In this document: positions 28,301 through 37,289 of the stretch, piece after piece
How positions within the stretch are numbered: position 1 is the first letter of the stretch
Layout: every line of letters begins with the position of its first letter
Assembly (NCBI GenBank): GCA_035500495.1
Contig: DATJXC010000029.1
Span: forward strand, 30,243 to 94,242
Direction of reading: 5' to 3'
Origin: Gemmatimonadales bacterium
GTDB lineage: Bacteria > Gemmatimonadota > Gemmatimonadetes > Gemmatimonadales > GWC2-71-9
Length of the DNA stretch: 64,000 nt
The notes under the pieces: generated by a model
Databases searched by the model: none
Seen by the model: the letters and a program-made list of their open reading frames with translations, nothing else
What the model was told of the DNA's origin: nothing
Made by a program: the position numbers and the translations under genes

Positions 28301-28588
28301 GTGAACAAGGCCGAGCTGATCGCGGCACTGGCGATGCGGACGAAAATGTCCAAGGCCGATGCCAGCCGGACGATCGAGGCCCTCTTCGACGACAAGGGCA
28401 TCATCGCCGGTGAGCTGAAGAAAGGCGCGAAGGTGCAGGTCACGGGATTCGGCAACTTCGAGGCCCGCAAGCGCGCGGCCCGGATGGGTCGCAATCCCAA
28501 GACGGGCGCCGAGATTCAGATCAAGGCGACGATTGCCCCGGCGTTTCGTGCCGGCAAACAATTGAAGATGGCGGTAAACAAGAAGTAG
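28301..28588 (+). CDS. hup: HU family DNA-binding protein
   Basis: GTG start preceded by [17 protein letters not shown]...[28 protein letters not shown] is the canonical HU arm motif. Confidence 0.95.
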   Translation: MNKAELIAALAMRTKMSKADASRTIEALFDDKGIIAGELKKGAKVQVTGFGNFEARKRAARMGRNPKTGAEIQIKATIAPAFRAGKQLKMAVNKK

Positions 28589-28613
28589 TCGAGCGAAGCG
28601 AAGCGCTGGATAC

Positions 28614-28635
28614 GGGCTGCCCCGCTGGGCGGCCC
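28614..28635. terminator. GC-rich hairpin between convergent genes
   Basis: GGGCTGCCC (28614-28622) / GGGCGGCCC (28627-28635): 9-bp stem including one G-T pair, loop CGCT, followed by GTCGGCGTTTA. It lies between the HU stop (28588) and the CoA-transferase stop (28658). Confidence 0.5.
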
Positions 28636-28657
28636 GTCGGCGTTTATGGGACGGCGG

Positions 28658-29881
28658 TCAGATCACGCCGGCGCTGCGGAGCCGGGTGATCTCTCCCGCG
28701 CTCATCCCGAGCCGCTCGCGCAGAATCATGTCGGTGTGCTCTCCGAGCAGCGGAGGCGCCCGGCGGTAGTTCACCGGCGTCTCGGAAAGCCTGATCGGCG
28801 ACCCGACGAGCGGGACCGTGCCGGCAACGGGGTGGGGCAGCTCCACCCGCATGCCGCGATGCCGTACCTGCGGCTCCGAGAACACCTGAGCCACGTCGTT
28901 GATCGGCGCGCACGGCACACCCCGCTGCTCGAGCTCGGCCACCCACGTGGCGGCGGGTCGGCCGGCGAGCAACTTGGCGACGATCGGCACCAGAACCGCT
29001 CGATGCTCGACGCGGGACGGGCTCGTGGCGAAGCGGGGGTCGCCGGCTAGCTCGGGCGCCCCGGCCACCTCACAGAACCGGGCGAATTGCACGTCGTTGC
29101 CGATCGCAAGGACGATCGCTCGATCGGCCGTGCCGAAGACCTGATACGGGACGATGTTCGGATGTGCGTTGCCCCAGCGCTGCGGCACCGCTCCCGACAC
29201 GAGGTAGTTGAGCGCGACGTTGGCGAGAGTCGCGACCTGGACGTCCAGCAGCGCGAGGTCGATGTGTTGGCCGTTCCCCGATCGCTCCCGATGCGCCAGC
29301 GCGGCCAAAATGGCGATGCCGGCGTAGAGCCCCGCCATGATGTCCGCTACCGCGACTCCGACTTTCTCGGGGGGGCCGTCCGGCTCCCCGGTCACGCTCA
29401 TGAGCCCGCCCAGGGCCTGGATCACGAAGTCATAGCCGGCTCGCTCCGCCTCCGGGCCCGTCTGACCGAACCCCGTTATGGAGCAGTAGACCAGCCGGGG
29501 GTGCTCTCGGCGCAGTGACTCGTAGTCGAGGCCGTACCGGGCGAGGTCGCCGACCTTGTGATTTTCGATCAGCACGTCGCTCTGCGCGACGAGGCGGCGG
29601 ATGATGGCCTGTCCCTCGGGGGCCGCGTAGTTGATCGTGATCGACTGCTTGCCGCGATTCGTCGCGAGGAAATAGGCGGCTTCCCCCGTGTCACGGCCCG
29701 CGCGGTCTCGCAGCGTGGGAGGGCCCCAGTGCCGCGTGTCGTCTCCCGTTCCCGGACGCTCAACCTTGATGACGTCGGCGCCGAGATCCGCCAGCAGCTG
29801 GCTCGCCCAGGGTCCCGCCAGCACGCGCGAGAGGTCGAGCACGCGGATGTGCGAGAGGGCCCCCACACCCGGCTCGGGCAC
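28658..29881 (-). CDS. family III CoA-transferase (CaiB/BaiF type)
   Basis: ALSHIRVLDLSRVLAGPWASQLLADLGADVIKVERPGTGDDTRHWGPP is the class-defining N-terminus. The track start 29956 overlaps the upstream gene; GTG 29881 lies 1 nt after that gene's stop. Confidence 0.85.
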   Translation of the reverse strand: MPEPGVGALSHIRVLDLSRVLAGPWASQLLADLGADVIKVERPGTGDDTRHWGPPTLRDRAGRDTGEAAYFLATNRGKQSITINYAAPEGQAIIRRLVAQSDVLIENHKVGDLARYGLDYESLRREHPRLVYCSITGFGQTGPEAERAGYDFVIQALGGLMSVTGEPDGPPEKVGVAVADIMAGLYAGIAILAALAHRERSGNGQHIDLALLDVQVATLANVALNYLVSGAVPQRWGNAHPNIVPYQVFGTADRAIVLAIGNDVQFARFCEVAGAPELAGDPRFATSPSRVEHRAVLVPIVAKLLAGRPAATWVAELEQRGVPCAPINDVAQVFSEPQVRHRGMRVELPHPVAGTVPLVGSPIRLSETPVNYRRAPPLLGEHTDMILRERLGMSAGEITRLRSAGVI

Positions 29882-29882
29882 C

Positions 29883-31208
29883 CTACGCCTCCCGGTACGG
29901 TCGCGCCTGCACTCGACGCGAACGAATCGTCGTCGCCGACAGGCCCTGCACGGCACGCTCCGCCGCCGCGGGCACGATCTCGACGATGCTGAACGTGTCC
30001 CGGACGACGATGCGTCCGATTTGCTCGCGGGCCAGGCCGATTTCGCGCGTCAGGGCGCCTACCAGATCCTTCGCGCCGGCCCGGTCTTTCTTGCCGACGC
30101 TGACGAAGAGTTTCGTGAACTCGGAAGCGGGAGCCGAGGGGGGAGCCGCACTCGCGGTCGTCGTCGCGACTGGAAGCGGCAGCGTCCGCTCTCGGCGGAG
30201 GGCCAGGATCGCGGCGGCGACTTCGACCGGATCGTAACGGGCGAAGAGCGGTTCGAGGACGGCCATCTCCGACTCCAGGTGACCGGCCTCGAGCCGCGTC
30301 ACCACCTCGGCGCGCACGGTTTCCCCTGCGGTACGCGCTAGTTTGGCGGCCGCGGGTAGCGCTAAGGCAGTCAGGGGGGCCGCGATGGACCTCAGGTATT
30401 GGACCTGTCCCGGTGATACGAGCAGCACGGGGGGCCCGCTGGCGGAGAGGGTCTGCAGCTCCGCATGGGTCGGCAGGTCGAGGCAGAGGACGGCGTCGGC
30501 GTGATCGGGGCAGGGTGTCCCGACGGTCCAGAGGAAGACGTCGGGGCGGTTGAGCGCGTCGAGCACCTCCCTCGTCGCGGCCGAACGTCGCTCCCGGGGG
30601 ATCACGGCGAACCGGGCGGGTCCCGCCGGCCGCGGCGGTCGCCCGTCGGCATCGAGGGGCAGGTCGCCCACGACGTGAGGCCGCGGCGCGTGCCGCTCGA
30701 GCAGCGGCTCGAGGGCGGCCGGATTCCAGGACAGAATGATCCGGCGGGCCCGAGGCATCTGAGTGAGCAGGGTGTCCAGCGAGTCGGCCTCCGGTGACCC
30801 CACGATGGTCTCCGGCCAGGCCAGCACTACGGTCGAGATGCTCTCCAGCTTCAAGGCGGTGCGGGCGGCGAGGGCGGTGAGATCCCCGGGGGTGCCGGCG
30901 AGGATGTCGATGCGGTCCTCCCGCTCACCGAGCAAGCGGATGGTGCGATCGAGGCCGGTAACGGGGTGGACGGAGATTCCTGCGGGGGCGGCGTGCGCCC
31001 ACTCCACGGCGCAGCCCTGGTCCCCGGTGACGATCACGGTCGCTGGGGTGGGCGCCTCCGCGGCCCGCTCCTGCGGGAGCAGGTCCCAGAGAACCCGCGC
31101 CTGTTCGACCGCGGGGGGACCCACGATCACGACGCCGCGGCCACGCTCCAGCGCGGCCTTCGCAGGCGTTAAGTCCGGCAACCCTGTCACACGATCCTCG
31201 ATTGTCAA
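29883..31208 (-). CDS. DbpA RNA-binding-domain protein with a degenerate DEAD-box helicase-like core
   Basis: The C-terminus KLFVSVGKKDRAGAKDLVGALTREIGLAREQIGRIVVRDTFSIVEIV is DbpA-domain-like. Upstream segments align in order with helicase motifs but are degenerate: no GKT, VLAWPE in place of DEAD, ILSWN in place of SAT. Confidence 0.55.
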   Translation of the reverse strand: MTIEDRVTGLPDLTPAKAALERGRGVVIVGPPAVEQARVLWDLLPQERAAEAPTPATVIVTGDQGCAVEWAHAAPAGISVHPVTGLDRTIRLLGEREDRIDILAGTPGDLTALAARTALKLESISTVVLAWPETIVGSPEADSLDTLLTQMPRARRIILSWNPAALEPLLERHAPRPHVVGDLPLDADGRPPRPAGPARFAVIPRERRSAATREVLDALNRPDVFLWTVGTPCPDHADAVLCLDLPTHAELQTLSASGPPVLLVSPGQVQYLRSIAAPLTALALPAAAKLARTAGETVRAEVVTRLEAGHLESEMAVLEPLFARYDPVEVAAAILALRRERTLPLPVATTTASAAPPSAPASEFTKLFVSVGKKDRAGAKDLVGALTREIGLAREQIGRIVVRDTFSIVEIVPAAAERAVQGLSATTIRSRRVQARPYREA

Positions 31209-31287
31209 AGGGCAGAACTGCGGTGGGGATGCTAGTTTGGTATGACCCGACGCGCAACGCCTTTCTCACCAACGGAGCGGGCATTAC

Positions 31288-32472
31288 ATGAGCGACGGCC
31301 TGTCGCCCAATCTGCAGCACCTCGAAACGTCCGCCACGATCGCGATTTCGCAGGAGGCCAAACGCCGCAAGGCCGCGGGCGAGGATGTGATCGACCTCGG
31401 CGCCGGGGAGCCGGATTTTCCGACGCCGGCCGTGCCGGCGGAAGCCGGGATCAAGGCGATCCGCGACGGCAAGACGCGCTACCCGTCGAACGAGGGCATT
31501 CTCGAGCTGCGGGCCGCTGCGGCCCACCATCTCTCCCTGCTGTCTGGCGGACGCCCGGTGAATGCCGACCATGTCGTCGTCTCGACCGGCTCCAAGCAAT
31601 CGCTCTTCAATGCGTGCTTCGCCCTGTTCGGACCGGGTGATGTGGTCGCGATTCCGGCTCCCGCCTGGGTCTCGTATCCGCAGATCGTGCACCTCGCCCG
31701 CGCGCGGCCGGCCCTGGTCCCAGGTGATGCGGAGTGGGGGCTGAAGGTCAGCGTCCGCGAGCTGGAGCGCATGCTGCCGGCGCCCAAGGGCCTGATCCTC
31801 TGCTCACCCTGCAACCCGACCGGCTCGGTCTATACCCATGCGGAGCTCAAGGCGATCGCCCAGTGGGCGGCCGAGCGGGGGGTCTGGGTGATCGCGGACG
31901 AAATCTACCGGCGGATTCACTACGGCGGCGGGCCGGCACCATCCTTCCTCGATCTTCCCGATGAACTGTTGCAGCGCGTCGTGCTCATCTCGGGCGTGAG
32001 CAAGACCTACGCGATGACGGGGTGGCGGATCGGGTTTGCGCTGGCGCCGGGGCCCGTGGCCAAAGCCATGTCGGCGCTGCAATCCCATACGACGTCGGGG
32101 GCGAACCACATGGCGCAGTACGCGGCGGCGGCGGCGCTGTCCGATGAGCGCGTCGAGCAGGATGTGTCACGCATGGTCGGAGAGTTCCGGAAGCGGCGGG
32201 ACACCCTGGTGACCCGGTTCCGCCAGCAGCTTCCCGGCGTGGAGTTCGTCGAGCCGCTCGGGGCCTTCTACTTCTTCTTTCGTGTGGATTCGTTCGGGGG
32301 GATGTCGGGCACGCAGTTCTGTACCCGCCTCATCACGGAAACGGGCGTCGCCCTCGTGCCCGGCGCGGCGTTCGGTGACGACCGCTGGACCCGTCTCTCC
32401 TACGCGGCGGCGCCGGCCGAGATCGAGAAAGCCCTGGACCGGATCGTCCGGTTCGCCACGGCCCGCGTCTAG
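31288..32472 (+). CDS. pyridoxal-phosphate-dependent aminotransferase, class I (aspartate aminotransferase-like)
   Basis: 394 aa. LGAGEPDFPTP, NPTGSVY and SKTYAMTGWRIGF (PLP lysine). Confidence 0.9.
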   Translation: MSDGLSPNLQHLETSATIAISQEAKRRKAAGEDVIDLGAGEPDFPTPAVPAEAGIKAIRDGKTRYPSNEGILELRAAAAHHLSLLSGGRPVNADHVVVSTGSKQSLFNACFALFGPGDVVAIPAPAWVSYPQIVHLARARPALVPGDAEWGLKVSVRELERMLPAPKGLILCSPCNPTGSVYTHAELKAIAQWAAERGVWVIADEIYRRIHYGGGPAPSFLDLPDELLQRVVLISGVSKTYAMTGWRIGFALAPGPVAKAMSALQSHTTSGANHMAQYAAAAALSDERVEQDVSRMVGEFRKRRDTLVTRFRQQLPGVEFVEPLGAFYFFFRVDSFGGMSGTQFCTRLITETGVALVPGAAFGDDRWTRLSYAAAPAEIEKALDRIVRFATARV

Positions 32473-33701
32473 AGCTTGGTCGCGCGGGTGGAGAGCACCT
32501 CCAGTCCGTCGTCGGTCACGCGGCAATCGTCCTCGATCCGCACGCCGAACTTGCCCGGTTGGTAGATCCCCGGCTCGATCGTAAAGACCATCCCCGGCTC
32601 GAGGCGGGTGTCGTTGCCGTGCACCAGGTAGGGTGCCTCGTGCCCGTCCATCCCCATCCCGTGACCGAGTCGATGGGTGAAGTACTGCCCGTAGCCGCCG
32701 GTGACGATCGCGCCGCGGGCGGCGGCGTCCATCTGCTCGCACGTCACGGTGAACGGCTTCCCCAGCTGCATCGCGGCCGTCTGAGCGTCGTGCACCAGAT
32801 TGAACACCTTCTTGAACTCGTCCGATGGCGCGTCCCCGTACCAGTGGGTCCGGGTGATATCGGAGGTGTAGCCGGAAACTAGGCAACCGCAGTCGATCAA
32901 GACGACGGATTCTTTTTCCAGCTTCGAGCCGCCGGGCCCGCCGTGGGGGAGGGCGCTCGAGGGCCCGAACTGCACCAGGCCGCCGCCACTCGACCCGCGG
33001 CTGGCCATTTCCTGGGCGAGGTGGGTCGCCACCTCCTGTTCGGTTGCCCCGACCGCGAGGGCGGCGAACGTCGCGGCCATGCTGTCCTGGGTGATCTCGA
33101 TGGCCCGCCGGATCTGCGCAATTTCCTCGGGATACTTGATCATCCGGAGCCGGTCCGTCACGGCGACCGAGCTCCGGAGGTGCCAATCTCCCCCGGCTAC
33201 GTCCGCGAGACGGAGGTACGCGCCGTAATCGAAACTGGGCTCGATGATCAGCTCCCCGCGGTGGCGCGGTGGCTTGGCCGCCTGCAGCACCGCCTTCACG
33301 AGCTTCCAGGGATCCTGATCCTCTTCCCATCCGCGCACGTCGGAGATCGTGGTGCCACGCTTCACCCGCTCGACTTCGAAGCTGGGGCACACGATCACGG
33401 CCTCGCCCTTCAGCGGCACGAGCAGGGCGATGAGCCGTTCGCTGCGACCGGGGTTTGATCCGGTGAAGTAGGCGTAATTGGTGCTCGGCTCGACAATGAA
33501 GAGGTCGAGCTTCTGCGTGTTCATCTCGGCGCGCAGTCGGTCGAGCCGGCGAGCGAAAACCTCCGGGCCCAGCGCCGGCGTCTGACCCTGGGGCACGAGG
33601 GCGCGGCCGCTCGCGCGGGAGCGACGACCCGGGGCTATCCCGCCGAACCGCCCGACCATCACTGCCCCGCCCGCCGCCGTCAGAAACTCCCGCCGTTCCA
33701 T
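32469..33701 (-). CDS. Xaa-Pro aminopeptidase/dipeptidase, M24 family, with Tat-type signal
   Basis: MERREFLTAAGG is a twin-arginine motif. HRLGHGMGMDGHEAP, GMVFTIEPGIY and GVRIEDD are the metal ligand regions. Confidence 0.85.
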   Translation of the reverse strand: MERREFLTAAGGAVMVGRFGGIAPGRRSRASGRALVPQGQTPALGPEVFARRLDRLRAEMNTQKLDLFIVEPSTNYAYFTGSNPGRSERLIALLVPLKGEAVIVCPSFEVERVKRGTTISDVRGWEEDQDPWKLVKAVLQAAKPPRHRGELIIEPSFDYGAYLRLADVAGGDWHLRSSVAVTDRLRMIKYPEEIAQIRRAIEITQDSMAATFAALAVGATEQEVATHLAQEMASRGSSGGGLVQFGPSSALPHGGPGGSKLEKESVVLIDCGCLVSGYTSDITRTHWYGDAPSDEFKKVFNLVHDAQTAAMQLGKPFTVTCEQMDAAARGAIVTGGYGQYFTHRLGHGMGMDGHEAPYLVHGNDTRLEPGMVFTIEPGIYQPGKFGVRIEDDCRVTDDGLEVLSTRATKL

Positions 33702-33771
33702 CGACTCACTCCGTTGAAGGTCCCGCGCTATATTACGCGACCCTCACCGCCGCTGGAAGGCACGGACCGTC

Positions 33772-34287
33772 ATGCAGTACGAAGCCCGTATCGAATCGCT
33801 GGATGGAAAGCTCCCCAAAGTCGCCTATCACTGGGACCCGGAGACCGACATTCTGTCCGTCGCCTGCAAGGGTGGGGCGAAAGCCACGGGGATGAATGGG
33901 ACCGTGGATCTGGAAGGAAGCGACGGCTCCTTCATCGTCCTCGATATCGCGGGTGGTCTGCTGCGCGGGCTGGATGTGGTCACCTGGCCAGACCAGGTCC
34001 GCAACGTCGACGGTTTGGCGGCTCCGGCACCCGATAAGGAAGGCCGCGTGGTGTTTCCGAGCCGGCGGTCGCAGCCGGAGATCACCGCGGTCGAGGTGGA
34101 CACGGCCCTGACCGTGGACAAGAACCCCAGCGAGTCGGTGTTCCACATGCGGGTGGGTCGGGCCCGTCCCGTGACGGTGGTCCGGGTCGGCGACAACCTG
34201 CTCGTGGAAGTGGACAAACAGTCACACCTGGCCGGCCTCTGGCTGATCGAAGTGCCGCCGTTCCCGGACTTCGACGCCGCCAGCTAA
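33772..34287 (+). CDS. hypothetical protein, possibly two DUF2283-like repeats
   Basis: 171 aa. VAYHWDPETDILSV...GSFIVLDIAGGLLRGLDVV and LLVEVDKQSHLAGLWLIEVP resemble the YDxExDxL...G.vvGiEi pattern. It ends 46 nt upstream of the NurA-like gene. Confidence 0.4.
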   Translation: MQYEARIESLDGKLPKVAYHWDPETDILSVACKGGAKATGMNGTVDLEGSDGSFIVLDIAGGLLRGLDVVTWPDQVRNVDGLAAPAPDKEGRVVFPSRRSQPEITAVEVDTALTVDKNPSESVFHMRVGRARPVTVVRVGDNLLVEVDKQSHLAGLWLIEVPPFPDFDAAS

Positions 34288-34333
34288 GCTCGACCGGCTC
34301 CCCTCCGTCGGGGGCCAGCGTTTCGATCGCCGA

Positions 34334-35317
34334 ATGCCCATACGTTGGATGGATGCGGCTATAGCCGCCGGCGCGGTGCCCGCCGCCTTTGTTCCGGAGG
34401 CGAGCCTCGGGCGTACCGACCTGACCACCGTCACGGGGGCCGACCTCGTCGAAGGAGAGCGTCTCCGCGCCCTGCCCGTTGGAGCGGCGGTCGGCCCGCC
34501 CGGTCCTGCGGCCTTTCTCGACGGTATCCAATACTGGGCGGTGACGGGGTACGACGGTGTGACGCCCATCGTCCGCGCCTACGTCGCGGCGGCGATCCGC
34601 CGTCGCGGACCGGACCGGCGCCTCCACACCGTGGCCGAAGCCATACGGGAGATCGGCATCACCTGCCGGGCCGCCCTGTCCCCGGCGGTGCGGAACGCCT
34701 TGGCGCGGTTCGAGGTGGACCTGATCGATCTTCCGGTGGCGGAAGCAAGCCAGCCCGGCCGCCTCCTCGCGGCGGCCCACGTGCAGGTGGACCGGGCCCG
34801 GGAGCAGATCGAACGTGACCTAGCCGAGCCCTACGTCGCCTCGATGGGAAAGGAGGAGTGGCTGGTGGTCGACGGTCTGCTCTCCGATACCGTGGCTCTG
34901 GCCCGCCACCCACGCGCCGTCGGCGTCGTGAAGAGTCATGGCGCTCAGTACTTCGAAGGTGAGGACCTGGTCACGGCGCTCACTTTGGCCCAGGGTCATC
35001 GCACCAGCGTGTTCCGGCCCCGGGGCCACAGGCACCAGCCCGTATTCTCCTGGTATCTCCGGCTGTGGCCGTGGCAGGGGAACGACCTGCACTACGGACT
35101 GCTGCGGGTCGAGGCGCAGGCCGCGGAGGACACGGTGGCCAGGGCCTCGGCCCTCTCGGCCTGGCTGCTGGGCGAGCGCGCCCCGTTGTCGACCCCGGAC
35201 GCGCGGTGGGACCGGCTGCTGTATCCTATATATGAAGTGGAAGCCTACCTGAAGTCCCGCGCTCCGGGGGATCTGCTCCCGTTGCCCGGCGCCCGTCTCC
35301 CGAGAACCGGCACGTGA
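34334..35317 (+). CDS. nurA: NurA-like nuclease (tentative)
   Basis: Ordered pattern FLDGIQ (D63), REQIERD (E157/E160), LVVDGLLS (D180), VVKSHG, SWYLRL and LYPIYEVEAY, resembling NurA motifs. Its stop overlaps the HerA-like start (GTGA 35314-35317). Confidence 0.55.
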   Translation: MPIRWMDAAIAAGAVPAAFVPEASLGRTDLTTVTGADLVEGERLRALPVGAAVGPPGPAAFLDGIQYWAVTGYDGVTPIVRAYVAAAIRRRGPDRRLHTVAEAIREIGITCRAALSPAVRNALARFEVDLIDLPVAEASQPGRLLAAAHVQVDRAREQIERDLAEPYVASMGKEEWLVVDGLLSDTVALARHPRAVGVVKSHGAQYFEGEDLVTALTLAQGHRTSVFRPRGHRHQPVFSWYLRLWPWQGNDLHYGLLRVEAQAAEDTVARASALSAWLLGERAPLSTPDARWDRLLYPIYEVEAYLKSRAPGDLLPLPGARLPRTGT

Positions 35318-37272
35318 TTCTCCGCCCCGACACGGACCCGGTCGGCCGGGTCGTCGCGACCGAGCTGAAGCCAGCTACCCCGCACCAGTTCCACTTCTGG
35401 ACGGCGACCGAGACCACGATCGGGATCGGAACGATCGTCAAGGTCGAAGCCGCCGGGAGAGGGGAGCCGGGAGAGGGGCGTGTCGTGTACGGGGTAGTCA
35501 CCGACGCCTACGCCTACTCCGACCTGGCCACGCCGCTGCATGACGTGGTTGGCGCCGAGGGGGATCCGGCGCGCGCGGCGGAGGCGCCGACGGCCCGCCA
35601 GGAGATCCGGCTCTGGACCGCGGCCGTGTTACGGCAGATCCCCGAAGAGCCGCTGCAGCCGGTGCCGCTCGGTCGGGTGTTTGTCGCGAGCGATGCGGAC
35701 GTGGCGCAGGCGCTGCGGATGGATGCCTATCTCTCCGGGGCCACGCCAACGGCCATCCCCATCGGGCTCTATTCCTCAGGAGGACTCGAGGCCCCGGTCT
35801 ACCTCGACGCCGACTTCCTGCTCGGTCCTGAGGCGGCGCACCTGAACATCTCCGGTGTGTCGGGGCTTGCCACCAAGACCAGCGCCGTCGAGTTTCTGCT
35901 CGGCGCGGTCTTCCAGCACTTCCCCCGTCACAAGGGTCGGATCGCGGCCGTCTGTTTCAATGTGAAGGGCCCCGATCTCTGCTTCCTCGATCAGCCGGGC
36001 GCGCTGACGGACGAGGATCGCGCTCGCTACGAGCGCCTGCACGTCGTCCCCCAGGCGTTCTCGCCGGTGCACTACTTCGCGCCCTTCAAGGCGGACGGGG
36101 TGAACCTCAACACCCTGCGGACCCATCCCGGTCTGGTGGAGACGGTCGAGCCGCTGGTGTGGGGGCTCGGCGAAGTGCTCGATTTCGCCGAGGTCCTGCT
36201 CAATCGTGACGATATCGACGCCAAGGCGGATGCGTTCATCGACTTTCTCTCGGACCGGGTGCTGAACCGCGAGTTTGAGGACGGGTTCGGGGGGACCCAT
36301 CGCGTGCAGACGTTCGCGGACCTGGAGCGGCTGTTCCGGGCGATCTTCGACGGGCTGGAGCTGTCCGGCCGGAGCGACATGTGGCGCACGCATCACATTG
36401 CGACGATCCGCAAGGTCCGCAACCGGCTCGGCAACGTGTCGACGCGGTGCAAAGGGCTGGTCACCGACGACGGGGCGGCGAACGACCTGCCCTGGGGGCG
36501 GTTCGAAGACCGCGCCGTCTACGTGATCGACCTTGCGAACGTGGATCCCCTGGGGCAGGACCTCGTGTTCGCCCGGGTCGTCTCGAAGCTGCGCGAGCAC
36601 CTCGAGAAGCGCGCCCTGGGGGTCGACGCGGTGGCCGTGTTCGTCGACGAGCTGAACAAGTACGCGCCCGCCGATGGCCCCGAGACGTATGTGAAGAAGA
36701 TGCTGCTCGACATCTCGGAGCGCGGCCGCTACCTGGGCCTCGTGCTGTTCGGGGCCGAACAGTTCCGTTCGCAGGTCCACCGCCGGGTGGTGGGGAACGC
36801 CGCTACCCAGGTGTTCGGGCGCATGGATTCGGATGAGCTGGCGACCCCCTCGTACCAGGTGCTGTCGCCGGCCACCAAGATCAAGCTCGCGACGCTGCCG
36901 GTGGGGGAGCTGATGGTCCGCCACCCGCATTTCACCCAACCGATCTTCGTGCGGTTTCCCCGCCCGCCGGTCCTGCGCGGGCGCGACGGCGTGGAGCGCT
37001 TCCCGCCCGCCGCGGACCTGCCGTTCGAGGAGGCCGTGGTCCGGCAGCTGGTGCGCCTCGACCGCCGGGTGAAGCCGAATGTCGTCAGGGATCTGATCGC
37101 CGATCGGGAAGAAGACGACGTGCGTCGCGCCCTGGGGGCGACCCGCCGTGAACGACCGGCCGATGTCGTCGCCTTCTTCCGCAGGGTGCTCGGGGCGCGG
37201 GTAGGTCCCGAGTCGCCGCGGGAACGGGCCGTGGTGCCGCCGTTGAACCCGCTTTCCGAAGAACCCTACTGA
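35314..37272 (+). CDS. herA: HerA-like ATPase/helicase (HAS-barrel + FtsK/HerA-type P-loop core)
   Basis: N-terminal barrel-like GRVVATELKPATPHQFHFWT...IGTIVKVEA...VVYGVVTD. P-loop region NISGVSGLATKTS (deviant), Walker B AVAVFVDELNKYAP, then LVLFGAEQFRSQV...TQVFGRM. Confidence 0.7.
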   Translation: MILRPDTDPVGRVVATELKPATPHQFHFWTATETTIGIGTIVKVEAAGRGEPGEGRVVYGVVTDAYAYSDLATPLHDVVGAEGDPARAAEAPTARQEIRLWTAAVLRQIPEEPLQPVPLGRVFVASDADVAQALRMDAYLSGATPTAIPIGLYSSGGLEAPVYLDADFLLGPEAAHLNISGVSGLATKTSAVEFLLGAVFQHFPRHKGRIAAVCFNVKGPDLCFLDQPGALTDEDRARYERLHVVPQAFSPVHYFAPFKADGVNLNTLRTHPGLVETVEPLVWGLGEVLDFAEVLLNRDDIDAKADAFIDFLSDRVLNREFEDGFGGTHRVQTFADLERLFRAIFDGLELSGRSDMWRTHHIATIRKVRNRLGNVSTRCKGLVTDDGAANDLPWGRFEDRAVYVIDLANVDPLGQDLVFARVVSKLREHLEKRALGVDAVAVFVDELNKYAPADGPETYVKKMLLDISERGRYLGLVLFGAEQFRSQVHRRVVGNAATQVFGRMDSDELATPSYQVLSPATKIKLATLPVGELMVRHPHFTQPIFVRFPRPPVLRGRDGVERFPPAADLPFEEAVVRQLVRLDRRVKPNVVRDLIADREEDDVRRALGATRRERPADVVAFFRRVLGARVGPESPRERAVVPPLNPLSEEPY

Positions 37273-37289
37273 GCGAGGAGCCAGCGCGC

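Noticed and set aside
28037-28561. 5' extension of the thymidine kinase ORF to 376 aa
   Set aside because: It runs antisense through the HU gene and the G-rich intergenic region. Tdk homology starts at [22 protein letters not shown].
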